Positions 12,401 to 21,531 of a stretch of 64,000 bases of DNA are shown here, piece by piece. Position 1 is the stretch's first letter; each line of letters starts with the position of its first letter. Location: contig SMSO01000032.1 in assembly GCA_004764695.1 (NCBI GenBank), positions 7,224,483 through 7,288,482 on the forward strand. The letters are read 5' to 3'. Source of the DNA: Schizochytrium sp. TIO01 (taxonomy: Eukaryota; Protista; Bigyra: Labyrinthulomycetes). The notes under the pieces were generated by a model, which worked only from the letters and a program-made list of their open reading frames with translations, was not told the DNA's origin and made no database searches. Position numbers and translations under genes: made by a program.

Positions 12401-14012
12401 GCATTCGCCTTGGGGATACGACATCATGGTCGTTAATGAACACCAGGGCATCAACGATGCCCCGTTTTGTATCCCACAGTGCCTCGGACGCTAAGAAAGC
12501 ATACAGAAACACACCAATGTATGATTCAAAAAGAACGTAGTTAAAATACACCAGGCTGATGATGCCAAGTGTGAAGAGATTACCAAGGATGATACTGATT
12601 ACTCTATCCTTCTGGCGATACACATAGTCCTCACCTGTACCGTATGGGTCATATGGCATCAATCCCCCAGCACCAGTGAAACCGATATCATTCTCTGATC
12701 CTGAACTATATGGGCTCATATTATCCGCACTTTTGGGCGACATGCGGCTGCGCTCAGACCCTGAAGATGACAAAACCCGCGTGGGCCTTGGAGCCGAAAC
12801 CGGCGGCGGTGAGGCTGCTCGAGCCCAAAAACCCTGTGGGTAAGCCTCATCATCTCCATTCCCATTTGTATCCCCTAAAGATATCGCAGAAGCAGATGTT
12901 GATGCAGAATTGTCTCGGTGCATTCCACTATGATCCCTGTTCCTGCTCAATGCTTTCACCTTTCCCTCCTTTGTATCATTATTGTGATGCTCATCAACAG
13001 TGCTGTCCTTGACGCCTTCTTGCTCATCTTCGCCCTTCCCCGTAAACCGACCTTCGCTCCAGCGATCATTCACGCAAACTGGATACGCAGGTCCTGAGGA
13101 GAACGAGCTTTCTGACGTGTTGGAGCTCTTTTCCGAGTCGTTTTCGTTGCTCTTATCAGTTCTGTGTAAGGTCTGCGACGTCAGGTAATCGTTTGTCGTT
13201 GTAATGCCCTCGTACTGGCCCTCCTCGTGCCCAGGATCCCTCCCCTCCGGGTCCTCAAGCACTTCCAGCGGTGGATATCCGTCCATGCGTGCTCCCAGGG
13301 GACCTTCCCGTCCCCTCTGCAGTTCTCCCACCAGGTACGCCGCGAAGAGGGCCTGCTCCCGCCGCCGCTGGCCCTCGTGCGCCTCCTCGACCTCGTTTTG
13401 GAGCACCGCCTCTGCGAGCAGCCTTCGCGCCCTTTGCTCTACTGTACGTGTCGCGTATAACCTACTTTCCTCCCCATATAACCCACTTGCTACCGCCTCC
13501 ACAAGTGACTTATACGCCTCCCACACACTGGCCCAAACCTCCTCTTCCTCCTCTTCTTCCTCTTCCTCTTCCTGGCACCGCATACACCACGTCCTGTGTT
13601 CTACGCGCCCCCCGCCAGGATCCCCCTCGTCATCATCCTCGAAGAAACTTTGCATATTAGTATGCATTTCTTCACTCCTACTATTTATGTTAGGAGGCGG
13701 GGTAGGCCTCCGCCGACGGCGCCTGTTTGCGTGCGCTGTGTCCGGTGACATACATCTCGTGTCAGTCGAGGGGGGATATAACGGGGTGATCTGTGCGGGT
13801 GGCGGTGTGCGGGTGTCAGCGGAACGGGGGGCATCCTTGCAAGTGGCGGCGCTCAGGGACAGCGCATCAGAAGCAGAAGGAGAAGAAGAAGAAGAAGAAG
13901 ACCTCGAATTGGAGGTCGATGTAGAAGAACTCGAAGAGGCTGTGGTGGCTGTGGATATGGTGGAGGATGATCGAAGAGGCGCTTCTTCTGCGAGCATCAA
14001 AGAAAGGCCCAT
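9402..14012 (-). CDS. TMEM245-like / AI-2E (PerM) family multi-pass membrane protein with long low-complexity termini and C-terminal SHOCT-like motif
   Basis: 1536-aa ORF. Hydrophobic clusters (LFTLGIISLVYFNYVLFESYIGVFLYAFLASEALW...; LPYLAALLTIMLTLFPVVYAYW). C-terminal signature MTGMSMFFGVTAFGAHGVILGPLLVCLG resembles TMEM245/AI-2E. Ends LEDRLKDVKSLLDKGIISDDHY. True start codon uncertain. Confidence 0.75.
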   Translation of the reverse strand: MGLSLMLAEEAPLRSSSTISTATTASSSSSTSTSNSRSSSSSSSPSASDALSLSAATCKDAPRSADTRTPPPAQITPLYPPSTDTRCMSPDTAHANRRRRRRPTPPPNINSRSEEMHTNMQSFFEDDDEGDPGGGRVEHRTWCMRCQEEEEEEEEEEEVWASVWEAYKSLVEAVASGLYGEESRLYATRTVEQRARRLLAEAVLQNEVEEAHEGQRRREQALFAAYLVGELQRGREGPLGARMDGYPPLEVLEDPEGRDPGHEEGQYEGITTTNDYLTSQTLHRTDKSNENDSEKSSNTSESSFSSGPAYPVCVNDRWSEGRFTGKGEDEQEGVKDSTVDEHHNNDTKEGKVKALSRNRDHSGMHRDNSASTSASAISLGDTNGNGDDEAYPQGFWARAASPPPVSAPRPTRVLSSSGSERSRMSPKSADNMSPYSSGSENDIGFTGAGGLMPYDPYGTGEDYVYRQKDRVISIILGNLFTLGIISLVYFNYVLFESYIGVFLYAFLASEALWDTKRGIVDALVFINDHDVVSPRRMLEGFFIRLADKLASKSWVVAPALGVFTSFMLIEPLLCLLAISAVGSAVILVYTLDRRIFYLTKLHRFMLDDSTFVAFLLIILLMVLGVICTTLFAVFAFHDMKMLMQMIHTWAEETLMNSTWAQETWREITGHGEHALDSWLGDFEEQYVTNTTWEPAFRWIVRYMEQSRLSVADTCDATSAMAMATGAAIMAGHSSNSACSFDGSHGMSTLSDMPDPEIDALLSSSADRDSTGAQLKKKKKKNSSTSSSASEIQDSDDQSWYTLPTWMQNKSLPEILQVVVEHTKSTDLRGITDKVQGVVMQARDGFWTSTIFTMSILFLVIDFGIRVMFFITITFILLSSEDNLMHEILTGIFSSDNNQVALDSYNMNGPTTEPVHSSTPTHGATHWSPRQTSHSSTTPAPQTPPVLLHSSSSETCGGESEAFDDLDAQSESANSGITGGLGPSTCAAGPLGAAAQAGAVHQGRIPDIIRLEQQLRATMEAVLMLTLKMSLYRASATFVLYKVMGVQLPYLAALLTIMLTLFPVVYAYWACLPWCLVFAFHGRWQSSLILFTLQYILSYQLDSWALGTFQKKIQQPFAARPHTDQSKNEFMTGMSMFFGVTAFGAHGVILGPLLVCLGIVSYNTLKTTQQSVRGLQNSVSAGNIPPVLSSASLMGGVQRSWSGDTPAPRSVRRRMRSHRRSDSENATSTGSRFSLTGAEPISFQLRSDDLSPQKGVNGRFEVDSDVIAQQNHLGSDDEEDNRATKLNLIPKGTALDGPDKIDSTRDFYRDGSQHFQQSRRRENSTRGMKDDGDISSSSNIHRSASENGGHHRRSSEPPGGVVENCTDEDEAAASFRARPVDDGSFKPRYLAKRRVRLDHAPSSARIQSGGSGSSQMRRHNTASGTGESGPKDPKMGFFDSILGAAINAASGSNARTRHRSGGTPEDMFATRGESSGLHRLNSAYMGSSSSSSRRRPSKSSLEDRLKDVKSLLDKGIISDDHYNKFVNDELATLRSSR

Positions 14013-14750
14013 GGCAGAAGACCGGCCGGCTTCCTCGAAGCCCGTGCCCCGTTACGGCTCTGCTGCGCTCCAAGTCGCATTTTATGACATTCTCTCTCTC
14101 ACACACACATTCATTACAGAGGCAAAGATGAGTGAATGAGCTTTGCTCTGACACTTTGCCACTTTTTCTGCAGTTTTAGTATTGGTTTAATTGGTTTTGT
14201 TGAAAGCTGTCTTTGAAGAGAGAGCACCCAATCATGGCTGATTATGCGTTGGTTTTAATGAAATGATCAGCAGCAATTCTGAAAACACGCTTCGAAAAGC
14301 TCGAAAGGGTAACTAACTTTGCAGCGATTTACGGAACAGTCTTTAACAACTTAAAATGCTTTCACTCACTCAAGAGAAAGAAAGAATAATTACTTACTTT
14401 CTTACCTCCCTCCCTCCCGACTCCTAGCGAAAGGTATGGAAGTCCTATTATATGGACGGGTACACAAATGCAGAAAATCTTTAAACCCTCCTCTATCTCA
14501 GCTCATGCTTACTGAGAATAGGTTAGTCCCGTTTACGTGTCGTGTCAAAGCGAAAGAACTCGTACCTGTATAAAGAGCGCTATTCGGCGTAAAATCCACA
14601 GAGGAAGGAGCTCATCCAAAACGTAAGTAATCCAGTAAACTCTGTAAACTCTGTAAACTTTGGAGATAGATCAAGAACGATTCATCGCCTTCAAAAACGA
14701 TCCGTCGTTTGCTTTGGCTCTGAGTCAGCGCCGCTTTCTTCAAGTTTCTG

Positions 14751-14946
14751 CAACAAACAAACAAACAAACAAACAAACAAACAAACAAACAAACAAACAA
14801 ACAAACAAACAAACAAACAAACAAACAAACAAACAAACAAACAAACAAACAAACAAACAAACAAACAAACAAACAAACAAACAAACAAACAAACAAACAA
14901 ACAAACAAACAAACAAACAAACAAACAAACAAACAAACAAACAAAC
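14751..14946. repeat. Perfect (AAAC)n microsatellite, ~49 units
   Basis: Directly visible. Confidence 0.98.
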
Positions 14947-15220
14947 GAGTAAACAGATGAACCTTCGCCATTGCCGCACTTCATTCATGCTCGCGATGAC
15001 GTAGTGAGTCACGGCTTTTGGCTTTCTGCGCTTGGGCAGAATAGAACAAAGCTATCTATAGATATCTATTCGAAGTAAGGCACCGCACCGCAAGAATTGA
15101 CTCGGCCCGAAACAGAGGGAAACATAGGCTAACAGAGGGCGCCGTGCGCGTAAAACGGGAATGGGGTATCGCAGGTTGATTCGTCGAGTTTGTTTACTTA
15201 TTTGTGAACTTAGTATTTGT

Positions 15221-15340
15221 TTGAGTGAGTGAGTGATTCATTCATTCATTCATTCATTCATTCATTCGCTCATTCATTCATTCATTCATTCATTCATTCA
15301 TTCATTCATTCATTCATTCGCTCATTTGATTTTAATTAGA

Positions 15341-15400
<60 letters not shown>

Positions 15401-15416
15401 GAATGATTGAATGATT
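15221..15416. repeat. Compound (TGAG)n/(TTCA)n/(GATT)n microsatellite
   Basis: Directly visible. Confidence 0.95.
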
Positions 15417-16475
15417 GCTATGTTTCCAAAGGAGGGACTGAAAGAAGAAAGCAGCGAAGAAAGGGACGAAGGCTGTTGAGTTCGTGGAGAGAGGAGCGAA
15501 AGAGAGGGCGATAAGAGCTCGAGGGTGTCTAGCTAGGTGCCTCGGCTTATCCAGTTCTCCGCCGCTCGTAGCGCTGTCTTAGGAAAGCAGAGCGAAAGGC
15601 AGTTTGTTCGAAGGGGAGGAAAGAGATCAACTTTAAAATTATAATAATTATAGAAATTATTATAATAAAACTTTATGCAAAAATGGAAATTTAGGTCAAC
15701 AAGAATTGAAACGAAAAAGGGAAAAAGAAAAAAGGAGAAAGAAAATGAAAGAGGGCGAACCAAATCTGGGTGTGCGGATGAAAATGTCGCGAACAATCGA
15801 CAAACAATCCAAATTGAGCCTAGTCTCCTGGCCAAAGCTAGCCATACCATAGTTTTTAGCCGCGCCCAGACACCGTATTCTCCAAGATCTCTATCATCTC
15901 GAACCAGCCTCAAGTCTCTCTTTGCAATGACTGACGCTCAAACCAGCGAGAACCTCAATCCCAAACGCAAAGGGGACAGTTGCACCCAGTCCAGACTGAA
16001 CTACCTATGAGACACATATCATGTGTAGCTCGGGATCTGCAAACAAAACGTGCAAACAAACGTGCAGGAGCGAGGAAGACCTTGAAGTTAAAGCTGCAGG
16101 TTCGCGAAATAAATTCATGGTAGCTTGTCCGAGATGAAGGAAATCATAATCATAATCATGAAGACCAGCTGTCAGTCAGATGCGCTGTTTCAGCTTGGGG
16201 CGTATTGAGTGTTGACGTTTAGCACGTTCGCCATGGGCAGTTGGTTTCCTTGGTGTCATATTTTTTTTCGCTCTTTTTTTTCCCATCCTTTGAGCTGCTA
16301 TGGTGCCCATATTACGAGGTACCTACTTGTTTTTCTGATTCCTTTCAGACCAATAGGTAAGTTACTAATTTAAATAAAATTAAAAGTCGTAGCTGGTTCC
16401 AATAGATAGACAGGTAGGTAGGCAGATAGCAGTATTAGGTACTCGTGTTACTATGAAGATACAACGATAATGCAT

Positions 16476-16682
16476 ATTCATTCATTCATTATTCATTCAT
16501 TCATTCATTCACTCATTATTCATTCATTATTCATTCATTATTCATTCATTCATTCATTCATAGTGGTAATTAGGTGCCTCCAAAATCCGGGTTCTGGCAT
16601 CCTGGAGCAAGAAAGCAAAAGACAATTGCTTGAAGCAGCAGGCCGCGGCATACCTTCCCTGCAGAGCGAGCAGCGGGCTCGG

Positions 16683-16731
<49 letters not shown>

Positions 16732-16745
16732 AAGCAGGCAGGCAG
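16476..16745. repeat. Degenerate (TTCA)n tract and (CAGG)n microsatellite
   Basis: (TTCA) at ~16476-16560; (CAGG) at ~16681-16745. Confidence 0.92.
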
Positions 16746-19700
16746 CCGCTTCATCGTTGGTGCACCAGGTGATGCTCTCCCTGTTCGAACGGCTGTTGGA
16801 ATAGGCTCCCGCTCCTGCAATCGCGCTGGCACGAGGCGCTGTGAACTATAACGTGCACACTGCCCACGGCAGATCAACCAACGCCATCGCATCGGAGGAG
16901 CAGTGCGAGGCCGAGGCAGCAATCGATCGCAGCCTGGCGAGAACTGGTTGGCGGTGGCTTCGCGAACTTTCAAAGGCTCCAGAACGCCCGTCTAAGGAGC
17001 GAGCACCGCGGGTTCTTCAGATTTACAAACGTGCTGCCATAAGATATGGGGCTTTATACAAATAAATAAGCTCTTGGAGATTCCTTCAAGGTTAATCCCG
17101 TTGCATCGCACTGACGATGAATCGTTGACGAAGACAAACTTCGTTCTCCTCTTCAGCAGCTTGCTTGCTTGCTTGCTCTTGAGCTCGCCGCGTGAATCAT
17201 GATGACACCGTACCTAAGTATCGGTTGCTGGTCGCGCTGGCCTCCACGGATCGAGCTAGCTTCAACTCCTCAAGAAATCGAGCCTGGCCAGAGCCGATAA
17301 GTAATGGAGCTATCGTGTCTGAAGAGCTCCCAAAGCAAATGGCTTTGGAACTGTCTGTCACACTCGAAGCTGCAAGGTCTTCTTATCATGATGAAATATC
17401 AACCAACCTGGTGTAAAGCTAGGCGCTGTAACTGTAACGTGGTTGAGTTTTCAAGCTCAACTTCACTCTGACTTCTTTGCTTTGCAACTTGAAGATCGCC
17501 AGAGCAACTCAAAAACTAAAGTTGAAGAGAACCCTTCAAGTCCATGGTCTCTTTCTTTTGTTCTTCATCATCGTCGTTTTTGCCTTCTTTTCTTTTTTCA
17601 ATCGCCTCTAGAGGTATGTATAGCTAGCATACTACGTAGTTTCTTTCTTTCGTTTTTTGTTAGTGCTTCTATAGAGCTGGCTAACAGCTATACTACTCTA
17701 GAGTGAGGATACTTACTCAAAGAAAAGAAGAAGAGAAGAGCACCCGTAATGCAGGGTGAAGGGATCTTGAGCCGCAGGGTGCGGAACGCGTGCACAGCAT
17801 TCACAACGTTTGACAATAGAATCATACCGCCAGGGAGATACAAAAGGGGTTGCGTGCAGAGCGAGGGCCGAGGCATCGGTCAGTTAGCTCAAGACAAGCG
17901 ATGTACTCAAATCACGCATGGCTTCTTTTGCAGCAGGTATTGATGGTGTTGCTTATACCTCAGGGTAGCGGAAACTTGTTTGCGAAGAAAAACTTGCTAG
18001 ATATTAATCCAATCAAGTCCAAGTTGGGTTTAAGGAGTTGTGTGGAAAACTATCGCGACAGCTTCAGAGAGGCGAACAAAAGAACGAGTGCCTCGGAAAA
18101 GAGCTGAGCGTTCTGAGCTCTATAGGCTCAAGTTGAACAACGGCAATCTAGACTAATAATAGTATGCGCTGGTGTTATTCTTTATGACAATGAGGCTCCC
18201 TTCTTGCAGCAGCAGCCTGAGGGGTGAGATTTTTGTACTTCATTGATCGAAGACATCTGCGTTCATCGCCACCATCGCGAAAGAATAAACCATTACCTTA
18301 AAGACAAAGCACGATGAAACCATCAATGGCAACACACTAAATAGTAGTAGCTTAGGTTTCTACCTGGCGTACAGTTTTGTCGAAGGCAGCTTAAAGAGGG
18401 ACAGGGTACGACTTCTGGGTGCAGTGGGTGCAGTGGGTGGGTCAGTAGCTTTGCAGAAGAACTCCCTTTTTTGGATAATAACGGACTTGGCAAACGGTGG
18501 CAAGAGGATGCCGATTGCTGGCCAAAATTCAGAAACTTGCCTGACAGGATAGTGTTGCAGAGGACTGGGATGAACATTAATATTCGCCTGTCGGATAGAT
18601 GATCAGCGTGCTTTATTAAAATTGCCACCAAAGAGAGAATAATTGATTGACTGGCTGACTGACTGACTGACTTTCACGGTCTCAGCCTGCATTAAAATAT
18701 TTAAAAAAACAAGAAATAAAAAAACATTCGAGTACGACGTATGATAATAAAACAATACGGTTGCTGGATCTGGGAGAGGTGGTTGTTTATGTTTTCAATA
18801 ACTTGAAGTATCGGCAATTTATCGACAATTTGATATATTCTATGTGATGAGTCAACCGCTACAATGATTTGAGCATCTATCCTTCGTACGATTTTAAAAC
18901 GAGCCATTCCTGGCTAGCTGCAATGCGGTGCTCGAAAGATGAAATCTATTACGTGGGCCGAGCTGTCGGATTGCATGTACTATGTAAGCACGTGCAGGAA
19001 AGCACGTGCTTGCCTGCCCCAGAAAGCGCATTTCATTTTATTTTTGCGGTGAGTTTTGGTTAACAAAATCTAAGTTGCAGGAGTAATCTGAAATTACTCG
19101 AGAATACCGTTGCTTCAAATATCATAACTTTAGCCTAAGCATTTGGACTGGTCCCCACAATTCCTGTAGATTGTGTCATGCTCCAACTTTGTACATTACA
19201 TCAGCAGCCTAAGAGACTTTCGCAAGGCTTCACACACGGTCATAACTGCCCAATTTCGTGAGGTTCATCGTACAATTTTCATCATCCCCATTACCTACCA
19301 ACCTAGCTCCCAGTATAACAATATACTCTGGAGCGAGTTGTACGTACCTTGTGGTATGAAAACAGCAATTCCCCATCCTGAAGTATTTCCACTTTGGAGG
19401 GTTTGTATGCTATTCATGTTACTCTATAGAGTTCTGCTCAACTTGCATTCCTTATAATCTGTGTATAGCCTTAACTTATTCTTCTTCAGGATTCTACGTA
19501 AGTATTCTACCCATATAGAACTTACATAGACACCACTAGCCAAATCCTTGCCAGCCTGGTGATGCGATTTCTCCTATGTACCAGTAGCCCATATAGAACA
19601 GTTCTGGTGCCCTTTGATAACCCTAGCGGCTGCATGTTTGTATGGAGGGATCGCGATGAGTTGCATAATTTATTCTGCTTCGAAGCGATGGACGACTTTA

Positions 19701-20510
19701 AGCTGCTATATCTTGTCTCCTACAACTTAAAGCAAACGAGAAACGAGAGAACTTTGTCACCTCACCCATTTGTCACTGCAGATACTAGAAAAGGTGTCAA
19801 AGGGCCAGCTAGAGAGAGCACGGGGCCCTCAAAATTTAGTGGAACACCAATGCGAAAAAGATCATGAGATGTGATACAACTCGAAGAATGTGAAAGAACA
19901 AGACATTGAGACCTACGATGCTTCATTCAAACAAATAGCAAAGCTGCCTTAAAAAATTGATACACCGCAGGTTATGCGGCGTAAATACCTCGATCATCAA
20001 GCGTACCAACTCGGTACTCAGGTAAAAGGTATTATTTTGTCTATCCCAAGTCTAGTTTATGTGCCATGAGGTATATGGTAAATAGCACTAGATAAGTAAG
20101 TAGTAAGCCTGGTGAGCGAGGGATTAGGGAGCCGTGATTTCATTACATTCAATGTTTTACTTGAGCAAAAGAATGGAGATTCATCGTCAGGTTTTGTTGG
20201 GGTTTCAAGATTCATGATGCGCAGGCAAGAAGAAATGGGACACCAGCGTGCAAAAGATCATGTATGTCAGGATGCTTCTGAGAGAATGAGCATATCAAAT
20301 TTAAGAATGAATTCCATCCTGTGGATGTGATTGGATTAGCAAGCAAGAGCAGAATTACGTCTACCTTGGTTCTGTGCGCCCTGTCGAGGATATAGTTCAC
20401 GTGCGCTGCTGCTGATGGGATGAGGGAGCGTGTAGACAAAACACGAAGATTTACTGGGATAAGGAATACAGAAGAGAAAAATCAGAAAGAGACACGTCAG
20501 ATTATAGGAT

Positions 20511-21050
20511 TTAGACCTTGCTCATGGCCTGAACATCGATGGACTGGATGTCGTCGCCGTACTTCTCCTCGATCATGTCGCTGAGGCCGTCAACACCCAT
20601 GAGGTCGTCGTACACAACGGCGGAGATGGCGAGCTTCTTGACACCGAAGGCGATGGGGATGAGCTTGTGCTCCTTACCCCAGTTCTGGATACCCTCGTGC
20701 TCGAACTTCTTGATGCCCTTGGCGAGGGTCTCGAGGTCGGTCTCGGCGGAGTACGGCTTGATCTCAAGCACGATCAGGGAGCGCTCACCCTTGCCCTGGC
20801 CGGCCTTGCGGGCAGCCTTCTCGGCAGCCATCTTCTCGGCGAGGGCCTTCTCGGCCTCCTCGTCGTCGTCGCCGAAGAGGTCATCATCGAAGTCATCGTC
20901 GCCAGCGTCCTCCTTGGGGGCAGCGGCGGCGGCCTCCTCCTTGCCAGCAAACTCAGCCTCGTCGTCCTTGAGGGTGATGCTGCTGAAGGCCTCGGTGGTG
21001 CGGACCTCAACGTTGTCCTGGAGGGGGGCGTCGTGGTTGGTCTCCGACAT
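20511..21050 (-). CDS. EEF1B: Translation elongation factor 1B beta/delta (guanine-nucleotide exchange subunit), 179 aa
   Basis: Acidic DDDFDDDLFGDDDEE segment followed by the EF1-GNE domain (IVLEIKPY..ETDL..WG..KLIPIAFGVKKL..VVYDD..DIQSIDV). Strong C/G-ending codon bias. An in-frame TAA lies just upstream of ATG 21050. Confidence 0.92.
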   Translation of the reverse strand: MSETNHDAPLQDNVEVRTTEAFSSITLKDDEAEFAGKEEAAAAAPKEDAGDDDFDDDLFGDDDEEAEKALAEKMAAEKAARKAGQGKGERSLIVLEIKPYSAETDLETLAKGIKKFEHEGIQNWGKEHKLIPIAFGVKKLAISAVVYDDLMGVDGLSDMIEEKYGDDIQSIDVQAMSKV

Positions 21051-21110
21051 TTTGCTTGGCAAAGTTTAACTTGGCTTCGGGATACGGATGAAGGCGATGA
21101 TGCAGATCTG

Positions 21111-21273
21111 CTGCTCCAAGTAATCAATCAATCCATCAATATCATCGATTTCCTCTCCTTTCATCTTTCCTCCATACTACATACTTAAAGAGAGAGAGAG
21201 AAACAAACATTACATCTTTCCACCTTTCACAAAGTATACTATACATACAGAGACATAGACAGATAGGTCTACA

Positions 21274-21308
<35 letters not shown>

Positions 21309-21531
21309 CCTACACAAGCACCTGCCTACCCCTTACTCTACCACTACCACCGCTAGCTATAGTATCTACTTTGATACACGGAACAAACAACAAACAAAGA
21401 AAGAAACAAACAAACAAAGAAAGAAACAACTCACTAATAACTACTTTCGCCGCAGTCCTAGCCACTTCTACCCGTATCGCTAGCTGGCCCGACTCTTTTC
21501 TGCTCTCTGACGGAGACTTCGAATCACTCAC
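21111..21531 (-). other. Possible 5'-UTR intron of eEF1B gene
   Basis: Minus-strand GTGAGT donor at 21531-21526 and tandem CAGCAG acceptor at 21113-21108; contains a (GATA)n tract. Confidence 0.35.
21275..21308. repeat. (TATC)n microsatellite
   Basis: Directly visible. Confidence 0.9.

Noticed and set aside
13204-14139. 311-aa plus-strand ORF and other ORFs inside 9402-14012
   Set aside because: Antisense or alternate-frame shadows of the TMEM245-like CDS in GC-rich low-complexity sequence.
14612-15012. ORFs encoding (CLFV)n or (NKQT)n
   Set aside because: Translations of the (AAAC)n microsatellite.
20539-21188. 176- and 173-aa plus-strand ORFs
   Set aside because: Antisense shadows caused by the strong codon bias of eEF1B.
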